Notes: a model not told the origin generated them from the sequence alone. Shown: positions 12,101-27,231, counted from the stretch's first letter. The stretch is 64,000 bases of DNA from Phoronis australis (GCA_002633005.1 NMRA01000501.1:160886-224885), one strand, 5' to 3'. Numbers and translations: made by a program.

Positions 12101-15100
12101 GTCAATATAACCATTACACGCGAATTAGTTGGTCAGATATTTCAGTGGACGTGGATGAGGGGAAAACTGGTATTTAAAGTGAAAATAGGACCTGAGTAAT
12201 TAACCAAATATTTATAAAATTATAGAATTCAATTCGGTAAAAATATATATTTTGTGTAAGTAGAAAGCTAATAGAAATTGCCTTTTTGCTTCATTCATGT
12301 ACCCATTTCCCATTAACTCGCCCAACGTATCCGTATACTTTTAAGAAAAGTTAAACAAAGATAATGTACATGAAAATGTACATTCATAGCAAAGTAATGT
12401 CATTGGTAACATGACCAAATTTTGTTTGATATGAATGATCATGACGAAATCTAAAAAGCACTTTACACTTTTTTAAATTATCAACTCGCTTCTAATATGC
12501 ATCGTTGGAGCTTTTCCTTAAACATCCTTTAAGTCCTAACTTTTATAGCCCCCATGCCCAAGTGGTAGATTTTGAAAACAAGTCCTAAGCACAGTATCTG
12601 AAAGTTTCACCTGAATCTGATCAGCTTTTACTCAGATGCGATGTTCCAAAGTTAACCAAATTGGGTCATTTTTCTTGGGTTCCACATAATCTTAACATTA
12701 TTTGGACAGCGCTGCTTTGTTCCCGCTTTCAGTGATTGGTTTCTGGGGGGAGTGGAAAGAGTGGGGTGCTTGTAGTCACTCCTGCGGCTTTAAAGGTGTT
12801 CGAAGGAGAGAACGGCAGTGTGACAACCCACGCCCAAAGTATCACGGACACTGTATCAACGACTTGAACAGTGAAGAAGAAAGCTGCTCAAGACAATTTT
12901 GCCCCAGTATGTAGTGAGATTTACCATAATTAATTGTTACCATGTTAGGGACAACAACATGTTACCCCTACCAGCTCATGTTGTATGAACCATAAGGGCG
13001 TTTGACATGTAAGAGAATCTACGTGCTAAGCGAATCAGTGAAGCTAGATTAAAATTTCTGAATTTGTAAGGAGCTGAGGAGTTTCGATAGTCGCGAGTAG
13101 ATATGCTGGCTACTAGGAGCGGTCTGTGACCACCTCTTGTCACGCGCAATTCTTTAAATATAGACCGGGATCGCGAGGATTTTGGGCATGAAAAAGAATT
13201 TCGTGAACAGCACAATATTTCCTGGGTATCCCGGTGCTTGCAAATGGACATCTGGAGGTTCAATCAGACAAGTGTGGGCGTGTGGGGTGGGGGGCGTCGG
13301 GACTTGAGAATGGCACTAAAAATTGAGTTTCAGGTGTAGATCGACTTTTCTGGAAAATACTTACCGTAACATACCTTTGACTACACAATTTACTATATTT
13401 AAATTTTTCACTGCCAGGCAATTTCAGTGGTGGTGATCATCAGCATGACGGATATAATTGAGTCCGAATTTGAGCTAGTTCAACCCACAAGGTAGCCGCA
13501 TGACTGTAGTTACAAGTTGTTTAACATAGACCAAAGTATCATGGATGAACACTGCCAAAGAAAGTCAGTGGTGGAATACCCTCGCCGCACACTCCGACAT
13601 CTCCGAGTTGGGTTCGTCCAACCCACCACTGAGCCAACCGGTTGAAAGCAACTGTGTAACAAACACCATCATTCCACGTGGTACAGAAGTCACATTCCAG
13701 ACAATTTCCGTTGCCGCACCCAGCCTTAAAAACGGGAGGGGGGGGCTCAAAATTTTGATAATGTGGACCTTTTACAAAATAAACGGGGTACGTACAGAGC
13801 AATGACATGCACATTCGCGGAATTTTGGTAGTTCCTGCCTTTTCAGTGGACTTTTGTCTCGTTTTCTACTTTCTGGACTTTCTGTTTCTCTGAGAGGGAC
13901 CTTTTTGCCCACTTTGCCAAATGGGGGGAGGACTCGTTCGAGCCACCACCCCTGACTCCCCCGTTGATTTCAGTGGAGGTGTGCTCATGCTAGATAAATA
14001 TATAATCGAGTCCAGGGGTTCGTTCCAACAAAACAAACTTAGCTAAGACAATTCTTAAATTTTACTAAATTTTAAAATAAAAGTTTAATGTGTCTCAAAA
14101 TCAATTCATGATAAAGATCTTAAGCTTGATTAAAGTGCTTGACGTAAGCGTTTTCTTAATTTTGACGAAATTACCGGATGTCGAAGTATCAAAATTTGTA
14201 AGTTGAGACAAATCTTAGACTTAAGTAAAAATGGACTTTAAGTCAGTTTCTTGGAAGGGGCCCATAAACCACATTGGGTGGAAAATATACTTTCATGCTT
14301 TGGATATTCCACATAGTTTTAAGGTAGTGACAGAATTTCATGGTTCATTGGAATGTAATTCAGATACTGATCTTATAATTACCAAAACTTGAAGTGGGGA
14401 AAGACACTGTTACTATTAATTCTGTACATGCACATGTAGTGAATGGAATGTTGACAGAAACACTCCGCAATAGAACTGCGGAAGCCATTTCGTGAAGAGA
14501 ATCAAACTTTATATCTTCCAGTATTGCGTATGTGTTGTGACTGCAGTTGTGCACATGGTCGCTTCGACAGACGTTGTGTCGTTACGACGCAGAATTCACA
14601 TAGAGAATGACAATTGGTGTGAAGACAAAAGCGGTCTGATACCGCCGGTATCTTGGCCATGACCAATATCTCCGAAAACACAGAAAAATGTACACATTTC
14701 ATATATTCATAATCCCGAGAGTCTTATTTCTTGTCTCAGGCCCACGTTTTGCCCAGTAATTCGTGTTGAGAGCTAACTTATCCTTTTCCTGGTCAGCACT
14801 TAGTACTTTGGGATATCCAGCCCTACTTTGTCTGGCGTACAGTAGGGGTGTGATACATCACACTTCGTCTTCAAACCTTAAATTAAGACACAGTCACAAA
14901 TATATGAGATCGGTTGTGCACACCGTGCGAAGGGATAGTGAAAGCGTCTGTACGTAGAACACAGCCTTTTTAAATGGTTCTTAAGCACGCAGCCAAGTGG
15001 GTGGTCTTGTCAAAGATTTTTACCAATCCCTTAGTATGAAAACCCATCACCTAAAGGTAAAGAATCTTTGAGAGCAGGGATACAGGTGAAAGTTGTACCA

Positions 15101-18100
15101 GGTTCCTAGTGACGACTTGAGTGTCGTAAATTCCTAATGACATCGTATGCACTGCCTTTTGAACTACAAGCTTGTACGTTTGCCGTAAGTATTCTGTAAG
15201 TATGCCGTAAGAACACAATAAGGCGCATTTGTTTTGCATTACGACCTCTATGCCCATTGTAACACTCCACAGCACGTCACTGCTGCCCATTCAAGAATGT
15301 CTTACAAAGACCGGAAACTATAGAGCCCAAATGGACTTTCGTACGACGTCGCTCTCACAAAACTTGTGACTGTGACTAAAGTAATAACTGTGGACACTCA
15401 TGTTTCAGTCGACGGGATATGGTCGACCTGGCTTGCTAGTCCATGCAGCGCTTCCTGTGGCCAAGGAACGCAGATCATGTCTCGCATTTGTACCGCTCCG
15501 ATGTACGGAGGAAGACCATGTATGGGAAACAAAAATCGGCGTTCCACCTGTCTTGAAATTCCGTGTCCTGGTATGTTATCTTAAGTGGGATTAATTCTAA
15601 ATACTAAAGGAGAACGGCCTAGCTACATGTAAGTCGCCATAACGGATACTGAAAAAGGTTTTTACGGATTGATAGGCCCGTCCTCGACTGAACTCTCCAC
15701 TTTCGTGGAGGTAGACAATGCATTGCATGACTGATTTACCTGTTTTAAAATTCCATGCTTTTTTCAGTTGATCAACCATGGAGAGACAATTCAATTGAAT
15801 TTGTCCGTTATGGCAATTTCTTGGTGAACGGCATTGCAGGTCAAAATGCAATCACCTACATGTACGTTCTAAGCTGCCCTGCATTAGAATGACGTAATAT
15901 GGCATAATGACACGAGATGCGAGCGGGACAAGTGCTTTGCAAAATGTTTTTGAATGAGAGTGGTGTTTGGTGTTTCGTTTTTCATTTCGTACTTGCACTA
16001 CTGCAGCATATCAGCAAAAGTAAACTTTAATTGTTTTTTTCATGACAAGTCTACGAACACACCAATAACAAAAGGATAATGTGTATGCACTCCTTTGTTA
16101 ATAGTGGACGGTGGCTGGAGTCCCTGGTCAATAACTATATGCAGCGCCACCTGTGGTGTTGGCCTTCGCCGAAATTCTAGGTCATGCACCTACCCATTGC
16201 CACAGTTCAATGGCAAACCTTGTGAAGGGGCCACGCTGAAGACTGATCGTTGTATCTTAGACCCATGCCCAGGTTTGTATTCGGTATTTAAAAACATTTG
16301 CCGCCTTGGTTCTACATGTATACAAGTGAGCACAAATCGGCTTCTTTAGTGTTAGGAACTAGATTGTGGAATGCATGACAATACCCTGACACTTATTTAT
16401 GCACAGGCATCGAGGACAGTTGCTAAGGCTCCCCTCCAGGTGTGACGTCCTCAAGCAGAGTGTCCTTTCTACTTCCTTATTATCCAGTTACCTCTAAATT
16501 TTGTTGTTGTTTCTTTAATCGCATCGAATTTTGACACTCGCTTTTACATAATTCTAAAACTTGAAATCACAAGCAAAATTTATGAACAGCATTGTTGTTC
16601 AGATGCGAACAATTACAAATCACGACCTCGGGAACTTACCCATGACGTGTGACTTCTCAAGTCATAATTTAAGTGTGTTTGACCATGATGCTTTACCATC
16701 CCTTTGGTGAGACAATGATTTAGCACAGCTGACAATGAGTAAATACACCAAATGCGGAAATTATAAATCACGACTACTGCAACTTGCTATAAAATAAATT
16801 TCCTACGTTTCGAAGCCACCTTCTACACATGATATTCATGACTGATTGTTTCACGAGAAAAATTCGTCGCCTCTGCGGCTACGCCCTGAGCTATGATTCA
16901 GGCATCTTAAATGTGACACCTCCATGTCTATTCAGAAAGCGGTTCTTGGATTTAACCCAGGCTGGCTATCTGACATTTCTTTCAAACCAAAAATTTTCTC
17001 TGCCCAGTACCCTATCTCAAAACACTGTCAGGTGATTGAACACTGCGGAGATAAAGGGGCCTGGGACGCAATGAATAGACTACATTGTAATATTAAAAGT
17101 AGTTCTCTGCCACTGAAACAGAATTCAACCTGCTCGCCGTGTATTTTAGGGTTTGTGCGTAAATACTTGTTAATTTCTGTTAATATCAAAACATTTTCTT
17201 TTAGTTTCACTTTTCGAAAAAGTTCTGTTAACTGCTCGACTCTTCGTCGATTTTTCTCCCGCAAGGCAAAGTACGTTTCTTCATTTGGGATGGCAAGACA
17301 TCGACGTTGAACATTTCCCTCATATGGAAAATGTGACATCAAGCAACTGATTGTGCGCATGTGTGCATTTATCATAAGTGGGAGGGAGATTAGATACTCT
17401 GTGGTAACCACAGTTTTTCCTTCGCGCGTATTCAAAAATCATGAATTGTGTGATTTTTTTTCTGGAAAATTTCTTACAGGGGACAGTAAATCGCTCTGTA
17501 TTAGACATAGTTTCGTCGGGAATTGTTAAAAAGATATTTTTGACAAGCTTTTGCATTCTATGCCTCTTTGAAACCGACGCTGCCATTTGCCCTGCAGCAG
17601 GGGTCTAATCTTTTGTACTCGAAAGAGAACGCGCAGTTATTTCTGGTATTTGTACGCTACTTTTGTTGTGCGAACTCAAGATAATTAAGTGCCTATCATC
17701 ATGGTTCATGCGAATTAGTTTTGAGTCTATGTTTTCACTTGACTAAAAACTCGATATTTCGAGTAAAAATAGGCAATTTCGAGTTCAGACTCGAACTTTT
17801 TTCTTAATGCAGAGGCGGATCTAGGATATCACAAGGGGGCCCAACATTTTGTCCGGCTGTAAATATTTACGCAAACCACGATTGTAGATGCGCATAGCAC
17901 CGAATGGGGGGAGGCAAACCCCCCTCCCGCCCAGGAAATTTTTGCTGTTTTTCCTCTAAAAATCAAGCATTTTCCTTGATTCCTGAAGTATTATCCAAGA
18001 AAAAAAGCCAAAAAGCCAAGAAAAAACACGAAGAACGTGTCAAACATGAATAACTGCCAGTACCACAGACTCGAACTCACGACATGGCGGAAAGAGCGCG

Positions 18101-21100
18101 CGTGCTTTACCACTACGCCTCCACGATTTACATGTATCTGCTAATTCCATACTAAGAGACCTACTTGTTTATGGTCCACAGCGTTTGCGCGCGAAACCTA
18201 CTTCTTTTTGTAATGCTTATTACACGTTTTATATTTTGTGCAATCGATTCTTAAACAAAAATTATATTTAAAATAGTCTTCAAATGCCCAAAAGGCCAAA
18301 TCCGTTTTTCGTGTTGGCAATAATGACGGGATTGCTTTGGAAATCGTCTTAAGTTAAAGTTTGACAAAGAGAGAATTATGAGTTTCTGAGTGATTCACTG
18401 AGGCTTCGATTAAAATTCACATCTTACCAGCAGCTTCTGTTTTTTTCATCGTCACCCAGGTTCCATTTTCTTTAAAAAATGAAGTAAATTTTCTTCATTG
18501 CACAGTGGAGCAGACGACGGAAACGGAGTCGTAGTGCGCAGCGCCACTGCCGGTCGCCTGGGATATCGCGGGGAGCCTATACTTAGCCATAGTTCCGTTA
18601 CGAATGCGCCGTGTTCCGAATTTGACACTTGAAATTGGATCTGAGCCCCCCCACCCAAACACTAAAACTGCACACATTTAAATCTTGTTTCATCCGTATA
18701 ATTTTAATTACCGGGGTTAATTAATCAACTCAACATTTCCCTACCCTCTTGCTCTTTTATTTTTTTGCGGCAGCCAAGGGGGGGGGCTGCCTCCCCTAAA
18801 TCCGCCTATGGAATGCTGTGCAAACTAGGACTAAAAACGCTATTCACTTAAGTCATAATGTTCATGAATATATAACGACAATCACTTGTCTCGAGTTTGC
18901 AGAAAAGTAGAATAAAATCTCCGGAAACAGTACCAAGGTCGACTTCAAGTAAAAGGACCTGACTTCGGGCCCAGAGCGGCTCTTCAGTCTCATCAATACA
19001 TGTAAACGAGTCTTTACATCTGTATATGCCATATAGTGTTTAGACTGAACAGTTGCTCAGAAATTGTGAAGCTCCGAACTGCAGGGCAAATGTCAGTGGT
19101 TTAAACTACTACACGCTGTGTTTAAATCGTGTTGGAGAAACGGGTCACACTTTTGAGACGGGGAACGTGAGGCTACTGAGCGAAGAGAGTATTTGGTTTG
19201 ATCGACTTGTCAAAGAAGCTGCATTAATGCCAAGAACCTCTCTGAACAGACACGGAAGTGTCATAAGTTACCCGACTCATGGTCTAGGGCCTTGAAGTTG
19301 TTGTCTAAGAGCGCCGATAGAGGGCGACGAAATTTTCACGGGAACCACTCGGTCACCACTCCCCCGTAGAAGGAGCCGGTATCACCAGATAATTTATTTC
19401 ACAGTTAGTTGCAGAAGTCCTGATATAATTTTTTTGCACCTTAGTTATTCACTTGGGTGAATAACAATGTCCACTGTCTAGAGTTACACTTACTTATTTT
19501 CAGTTGTGTTAATTCATTGTGCCATCTCTGATCAAAAGGGATTCTGTTTTTAAAGGGGGTAAGATCATGGTTAAACATACTTAAAAATTATGATCTGAGA
19601 AGTTAACCATCATCGGGGACTTGCCCATTGATCTTGAGAATTATTAAAAGTTGTCTAATAAATCGAGGCGAAAATGAATGGGGGAAAGTTTGAGGGCTAC
19701 ATTTACGTAAAAATCAATGTCTCGGCATGTCAGAGGTCACAGAATCTTGATATCCGTACACTGTAGTCATGGTGCCAACTAGTGCTTGCACGCTCATCGG
19801 AGTCATACGCCATACTTCGAAGGTTTACAATTCCAAAAGCCTGCAAGTCCTACAAATTCAGGTACCTTTTAAGAGGTTCATTTGTCCGAAGGTTCACAAG
19901 TTCGCACAGGCAGAAGTCCGATTCACAGGTCCCGGCGACAAAAACTAAGCAATCTGAACTCGCTCCGAAAATTCATAACGCCGAAGGCTCACAACTCCGA
20001 ACGTTCACAAGTTTTAAGGTTGGCATGTCAGACAAAGTACTACGAAGTGTTCGACATTGGAACAGCTAGGATACTTTGGTCGGCAACGAAAATCATTGCC
20101 ACAATGATAACGTAGCACACATTGCCAAACATCGCTCTGAACATTCAGCAATTGTTCAACAACAAATTTGTTTCAGAAAATTCTAGCACAAACGCCCTCG
20201 ATGAACGTTTTCACGAAATTGCTTTTCAGAGACTCATAATCATGAGAGTTCATGCCAAAACGAACGTGAACTCTAAGGGTAACCTTCTTGCTTGTAGACC
20301 TTCGTACTTCTGAACCTTGCTCGGATGTTACATAATAGTGGAATTTGTTTTTTAATAAGTGCAGGACTCCATTATAATTATTTATTAACTGTGCTTAAGG
20401 TATAATTGAGGAGGCAGTGCGGCCTGATTGATAAGTGCCCGCTTTCTTTACTCGAGGTCGTGGGTTCGAGTCCCACAATGTCACACTGCTAAACCCTTGA
20501 ACCAGGTTTCTAGCTCCTCAGATCGGTTTGAACTACATATTAATAAAGCTTAAAAATCGTTCCAGGTGATTAGTGTAATGAGCCCACATGCGCGGCCTGC
20601 GCACGTCTGGTACAGCGTGTATCAGGCATAATTGTTCTGGATTACAATGGGAAATTTATTTACGTGACGTCCTACATCAGAATAGTGCGACTCTTGAGTC
20701 TTCAGATATAGGCCATAGTCCATTCGACTTTAGGAAGCCCAGAAAATCACTTCCCTGGCCACTATTTGGGGGCAAGATAATTTTGGTGTTTTTAAGGTTA
20801 TTAAGTAGTATACTTTAAGAATCTAAAAAGTTGACAAGGTTTGACTTGGACGTTTTCGAGAAATTTGACCTAAAAAATTTGACTTTTGCAAAATTTGACA
20901 CAGAAAACCAATCTTCAAAAACTAACAAAACTAGACAAAAACTGAATGATAATCTGATTGGGTTTTGTTCATTTGAAGTTATTGAGCAAGGAAAGTGATA
21001 AATATTATGACATTAGGCGGAAAATTGCTCAAAAAAGAGAAAAAGTAACATTTAGCAGCGCATCCTGTTGGCCAGAAAACATACTACTATATTATGAACT

Positions 21101-24100
21101 CCTACAAAAAGAACTATACTGGTAACCACTTGGAACTTGATAAAGATTTGACATCACAGCCTACATGTGAACACCATACATTTCCAATGTTCTGCAACAA
21201 ATTTTCTGTCATCAATTTCATTAGTTGTTATAATTGATTAACATTATTCCACATTGGAGTTCACTGTCAACTGTCAGAGGGAACAACACACGGCTCAGTG
21301 TCAGTCATGGGCATGGTAAAATGTTGTCCATATTTTCCATTAGGCTAAAAATATAAAGTTCTTTAACAACATAGCATACTCTTATTATGTTTCTTCATCC
21401 ACTCCATCATCATTTATATCATTATTGTCATCAAAAGTCGTTTTTTGACTGAGACACCGTGTTCACACAGTCTGGTCAGTCACACAACTTAGAACATGGC
21501 ATGTCTGACTCTAAACACAAATTTTGAGCCCAACTTTAATGGCAAACACAAAGTTAAAAAATATCTCTGCAAGCCTGCATCCTATCCAAACTAAAAGAGT
21601 TTTGACAACCTGAATACCGTTTCATCTAAACACCTTGTTACAGTAATCCTATTTAAATGAAATAGATAACCAAAATAATCTTCACTTTAGCACACAGTAT
21701 GAAATTTCGTTTTGTATAAGTGCTCAGCAAAAATGAGCATTAAGAGAAATGAACATCATTCCTAGCATTGATTGCAATGTGCAGCTGCCTTCAAACAATT
21801 TTAAACATAGAAACATTTTTGTCATCCTTAATACAGTAGTTCAGCCTTTGAAAAATAGAGGAATGGTCATGTTGGCAATGGTTTTTGTTTGAAATTGAAA
21901 AACGTCTTCCTTGCCGTAGAGCTAAAATTTCATTTGACGCTTCCTGTTTTAAATAGCACATAATTGTAAGAGTAAAAACTTTCCTTTGCTAAAAACTCCA
22001 ATTTTAGAATCTTCAAAATGTGAGATATTGAAATCTGTGCAACATTTGAATTTTCAAGATAAATAAATTACAGAACACAGGCAATATTTGCATTTTTATA
22101 TTTCTCAAATTCCAAAAACTACTCATGATTTTACATAAACGGATCTCAAAATAGGCTTAGAAGTTCATAAAAAACAGTGCTGATCACTCACATGTAGGTA
22201 AAACCTACTGCCAGTACATATGAGATTGAGACCACTATTACAACAAATTTATCAAGCAAAATAATTTTTGTTCTGTGACCTAAACTAAAGATTATTTACC
22301 ATAAATGACACCTTTTCAAGTTAAGAATAGGTAGGCGTATTTACAATTGAATGTTTGGAACTGGGATAGGTTTTCAACTTTTGTTTTGTTTGTGAAGTTC
22401 CCCTGTGATGAAATTTGATTTGTGGCAAATGGTTCGTTGTGGTTGCAAGACATATATGGGATATTTCTTTGAGCACCGTAAAATGTACATGTAACTGATA
22501 GTGATAATCTCCTTAATTTTCTAGTGGGCTCAACATTATTTCTATCATCACCTTTTTTAAGAGCTCCTTCAATTTGTTTTACATCCCTTAAATGTCTGTA
22601 ACACTGCCTGTGATAAGCATGCACGCACCAAGCCTAAAAATGGGGGGCTCGAGTTTTTTAGAATGTAGACATTTATTAAGATTCAAGGGGTACTTCAGAG
22701 CTATGAATTGTGGGTTCGTCGAATTTTGGTAGTTCCTACCTTTTTAGTGAACTTTTGTCTCATTTTCTACTTTTTCGGAGTTTTTGTTTCTCTGAGGCAA
22801 ACCTTTTTACCCACTTTACCAAATGAGCCCCGCACCCCTGGATGGATGCATGACAAGAGCTCTGTTTTTTGACGAACAATTCAAGACTCGTCAGCAATGA
22901 TACTTCTCTTGCACTCAATGTTGATACGTTTGTTTGCAGTAGCCTTACACCAGGTAATATCTAAAAATTCCAGCTCAGAAATTTGAGCAGAAGCTGACAC
23001 ATGAATGCAACAAGGGACAGACACCTTGCCCGTCTATTGTGAAGTCGTGCACTCGTTGAATAATTCATGACTTCAGCAGAGTCCTAGCTGTCCCAAAACT
23101 GTTCTTTGCGAAACACAAAATGATTCAGGAATGTGCCAAGAATTGTTTCAGTACGATGACACTCGTGGCCACTTGATTTGGCTTTTGGCTTTCCTCAGTT
23201 CCTAACTTCTTCTTGCTGGTTTTTCAGCCTTGGCCATTGGTAATTAAATATTACTTGCACACTCATCCAAGAATTAATACTAGCCAATGTAGTAAGTAGC
23301 AGTAAACAAGCTAGGCAATGACCATCGCCTCTCTTGGCCCGACCAGAGGCGATGCAGCTCCTATAGGCGCTCCATACGCCGGAAGCTTTTCGGCGAATTA
23401 TGCCTCGCACTGACTAAAACATCAAAGTCACGTTGTTATCTTTTGTGCGTTGATGAACACCTTAAGAGTTTGTCGATGTGTTTAATTCCTTCCAACTCGA
23501 ACAAATACTCCCGTTATGAAACTTTTTCTTCGAGCAGTCCCTATTTCAGTTCCCAAAATCGTAAAACTCACCATTTTCACTCGGCGCACGACAAGAGATT
23601 TGACCTCATTCTTTTAACCAGGCCGAAGGTCAGAAGCTGCGATCCTACTGGCGAACTTTGAAAGCTGAAGTCCCCGCCCTCTGCGTACGTGCTGCCGGGA
23701 ACCAGCCGTGCATTTGCCGTGTTGTTAAACATTAAAATGTCAAATATGTGCACAAAGGACTATTAAATGTCATATCAACAGCATTTATTTTTATCAAATA
23801 CAAATAAGAATTCATTGAAATACAATCAGTTTCAAGTAACGCCAATAAAAGACAAGTAGTGGTGGCATTTTGGAAACGAACATTTGACTGACAAGACCGC
23901 AGTGGCTAACCTTTGGCTTATTTAAGTATTGAGGTTATGAAGTCACATCACCTAGCGGGCGCGGTAAAATTGGAGCGTGTGTAGTATAAAAATGGTGATT
24001 TCACGATTTTGGGAACTGAAATAGGGACTGCTCGATGAAAAAGTTTGATAACGGGAGTATTTGTTCAAGTTGGAAGGAATTAAACACATCGACAACCTCC

Positions 24101-27100
24101 TAAGGTGTTCCTGTATGCGCAAAAGATATTTATACCAACGTGACTTTGATGTTTTAGTCGGTGCGAGGCCTAATTCGCTGAAACCTTCCGGCGTACATGT
24201 ATGGAGCGCCTATTAGAGCTGCATCGCTTCTGGTCGGGCCAACAGAGGCGACGGTCATTGCCTATAAACAAGCTAGCTAAGCCAGCAGGATAACATCAGG
24301 TGACTGTCGTCTGATGAAGGTTTTCATGCCAAGCAGACGACTTTTGAAGGGGAAAGGTATGGACACAATATTTCCTTGGCATTTGATTGGCTGTTCGGAT
24401 CATTTTGCGCTGACTCCCGGTGGCTAACAGATTAGTTGAGGTTATATTTTTACAACTTTAAAATTAAAATTCTTACTAAACGTGCAAGTGTATTCTTGGA
24501 AACTTTTTTAAAATTGACTTTTGAACAGCTGTAGATGGGTTCAATCCAAAGTTCCCGTTGCCCGCAGAAAGTGGCCACGGAGGTGAAAGATAGGAGAGCT
24601 GGGACTATGGCCTAGTAGTGGTTGACTGAAGACCTACGTTGCTCTATTTGGTGTCAGTTGACTGTAGTTGAACTCTGACGGATGGATATTTTAGTTTCGG
24701 CAGGCTTTCTCTTGTCCGACGACGTGACGTGGATACTGCCTTTCTGTAATTAACCGTATAGTTCCAAAGTGCTTCAAGATAGCCCCGTGACGTCAGTAAA
24801 AGACAACGATGTCGACTCGGTGTTGCCGGGTTGACTATATACCTGGGAAATCCATGCATGAACGAGGCCAGGGTTGAGCTAAGTTCATGATCTTCTTACC
24901 CGTTGTCACCCTTCTAGTGTTTTCACCCCGCGCGTACTGATCTCATAGGTTATCACTTACAGTGCTGTAGTCGTGCTGTGTCCGCGCTCAATTGGTTTCA
25001 TTCAAAATGGCCGCTCCTGCCTTCTCGTACAGCAGATGTTTCGCAGCAGATTACTGAAGCATGTATCCGCGACTACTCTTCATTGTATTCAATCTACGGC
25101 GGCTCCGTTACATACGTGTACCGTGCATAATCGTCTCACGGCTCTATCATATTCCGACAGAACTGTTGTTGCATAGTCGTAAATATGTTAAACGTTAGTG
25201 TCTACCCGATGACCGGCATCTAGATATCAGCGTATGTTGATAGTCGTGACTGCAACTTACGCAGCTTTGGAAGTTAACGTCACAAATTACAGTCGCAGAG
25301 ACTAATCACACAGTTACAGCTGTACATTGTATTCGCCCCGCCCCATGCCTTTGCGGGTCAGTTGCCACCAGTATCGCAAATAGATCACGCATGGTGTTCT
25401 TTGCTTCCGGTAATGTTTTTTATTGTTTTGGTTGCAGATGAGCAGATTCTATGTCGTTCGTTTATCTTCCACGTTAAGCTTAATCAATTCTTTCTGTAGC
25501 CATTGACGGCGGTTGGACGGCATGGTATGTGTACAGACCGTGTGATGCTAAATGCGGAAGTGGTGCCATTGTTCACGTGCGCAACTGCACTCATCCGCTA
25601 CCCAGAAACGGTGGCCAAAAGTGCGGAGGACACAATGTTAGAATCAGCCGATGTGACGTAGAAATCAAGTGCAAAGTACTCGCCGTTCACAATGAGGTTT
25701 CATCTGGTATGACTTAATGTCCACTCTATAGCATATACTCAAAGAGACTTTGCCTACTGGAAATTCAGAGGCTATTCACTGATCAAGTTGTAGCCTTTTC
25801 GGGTCAATCAAATCATTTGGCGAATGATGGAGATACATGGGAATGTGGAAGTACACTTACTAGCAATGCTGAACGGAATTATGACAAAGTCTTTGTTTCG
25901 ACCACACATATATCTAATTGCCATTGACGTCCTGAGATTATTTTTCTGGTTAAGAATTTGCCCCTTGTCTTTGCAGCTAAACCAAGAACTGACACGTTTT
26001 TAGGGAAACCTGTTGGCAATAGATTATTTATTTCTTAAGGCTTAAGAACCAGTTTTGTGTTTATATAGTTCCCTACAATTTTAGATTCGCATACGCTCCT
26101 GTATCCATTTCAATAGTGTTAAGAGCGATCGTTAAATGGTTTAAAGTGTCACACATTTTTTTTTCCATAAAGCGCTCTAGAAGGTATCTGTTGTTTTATT
26201 CTTGAAAGTTTATAAATTATCACCATCTATTCAAAACAGTTGTATTAGAAAGAAAGATATACAAACGTTTCTAGCAACTTTGCCTCTGCGTATTTTGAAA
26301 ACAGAAGCGGAAGCAATTTTCCTAACAATCGATACAGACTGGAAACGAATTTTAATGGAAACATGATTGTTCCTCAAACCCCGCAACAGGTTTGCAGAAA
26401 GCATGAATGAAGAAGAACCCGACTCTAGCCTATCGATCAAGCAGCAGGGTTCTTCGGCTAAGTTACTCGAGTTTTTCTCCTAAAACAGCTGTAAATCGAA
26501 AGACACGTCACTGGAAAAAATAGGTCTTGCAAGTTTACAGTCTTTGAGGCAGTTAACAATCAGATTTCGTCATTTTTTGCCAAAAACTGTGGCCGATTTA
26601 AACTGACTAAACGGTGGGCGGAGCTTATCGACTGTTCATTGTTGGACTTGTACATGTATGTTGAAATAAGGGTAGTGACTTGATCGAGGCATAATGATGC
26701 CGAGACGAAATCACTATCGTATTTTAGAAACACGTAACAAAACGAAATCAGCAGTAAACAGGTCAATGCTAACAAAAAAGTTGACTCAGTCGGACGACGG
26801 AGCGTGAGTAAACGATATTGATGGAATTGCATCTACATGTATATTTTCCTGGGAACTTGTTTAGTTGTTTTATTTTGATTTGTTGGAATACATAAACCTC
26901 CGAACTAAGAAAACAGGAACATGCAGGATTAGACGAACCGTAGAATTTTGTCTAACGGATGGGAATCTGTGAATCTCGGTAATCGAGGCGTCCACAGCTG
27001 ATGTGATGGCTGCCGACCGTTTTCATTACACTAATATCATATATGTACATGTACTAGAATATCTGACGAACGGTGATGAGTAATTTCAAATAAGCAAATG

Positions 27101-27195
27101 CATTAGCTACTGACCTACTAGAGGACCATGCTGGATATTAGCCTTTGGCTAAAGAATGTTTTACATTTATTGTATTTTTATCCTCTTTAAATAAA

Positions 27196-27231
<36 letters not shown>

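Larger units (their letters stand above)
20709..24614 (-). mobile_element. Academ-like DNA transposon (decayed)
   Basis: Imperfect TIR of about 80 bp starting TAGGCCATAGTCC at both ends, and an internal minus-strand AYHRQCY motif (about 22600-22620) like Academ N-termini. Confidence 0.5.

Noticed and set aside
18055-18122. Functional tRNA genes (also 7203-7270, 20411-20480, 43240-43306)
   Set aside because: A/B boxes are present but acceptor and anticodon stems are not intact, and each lies within a repeat.
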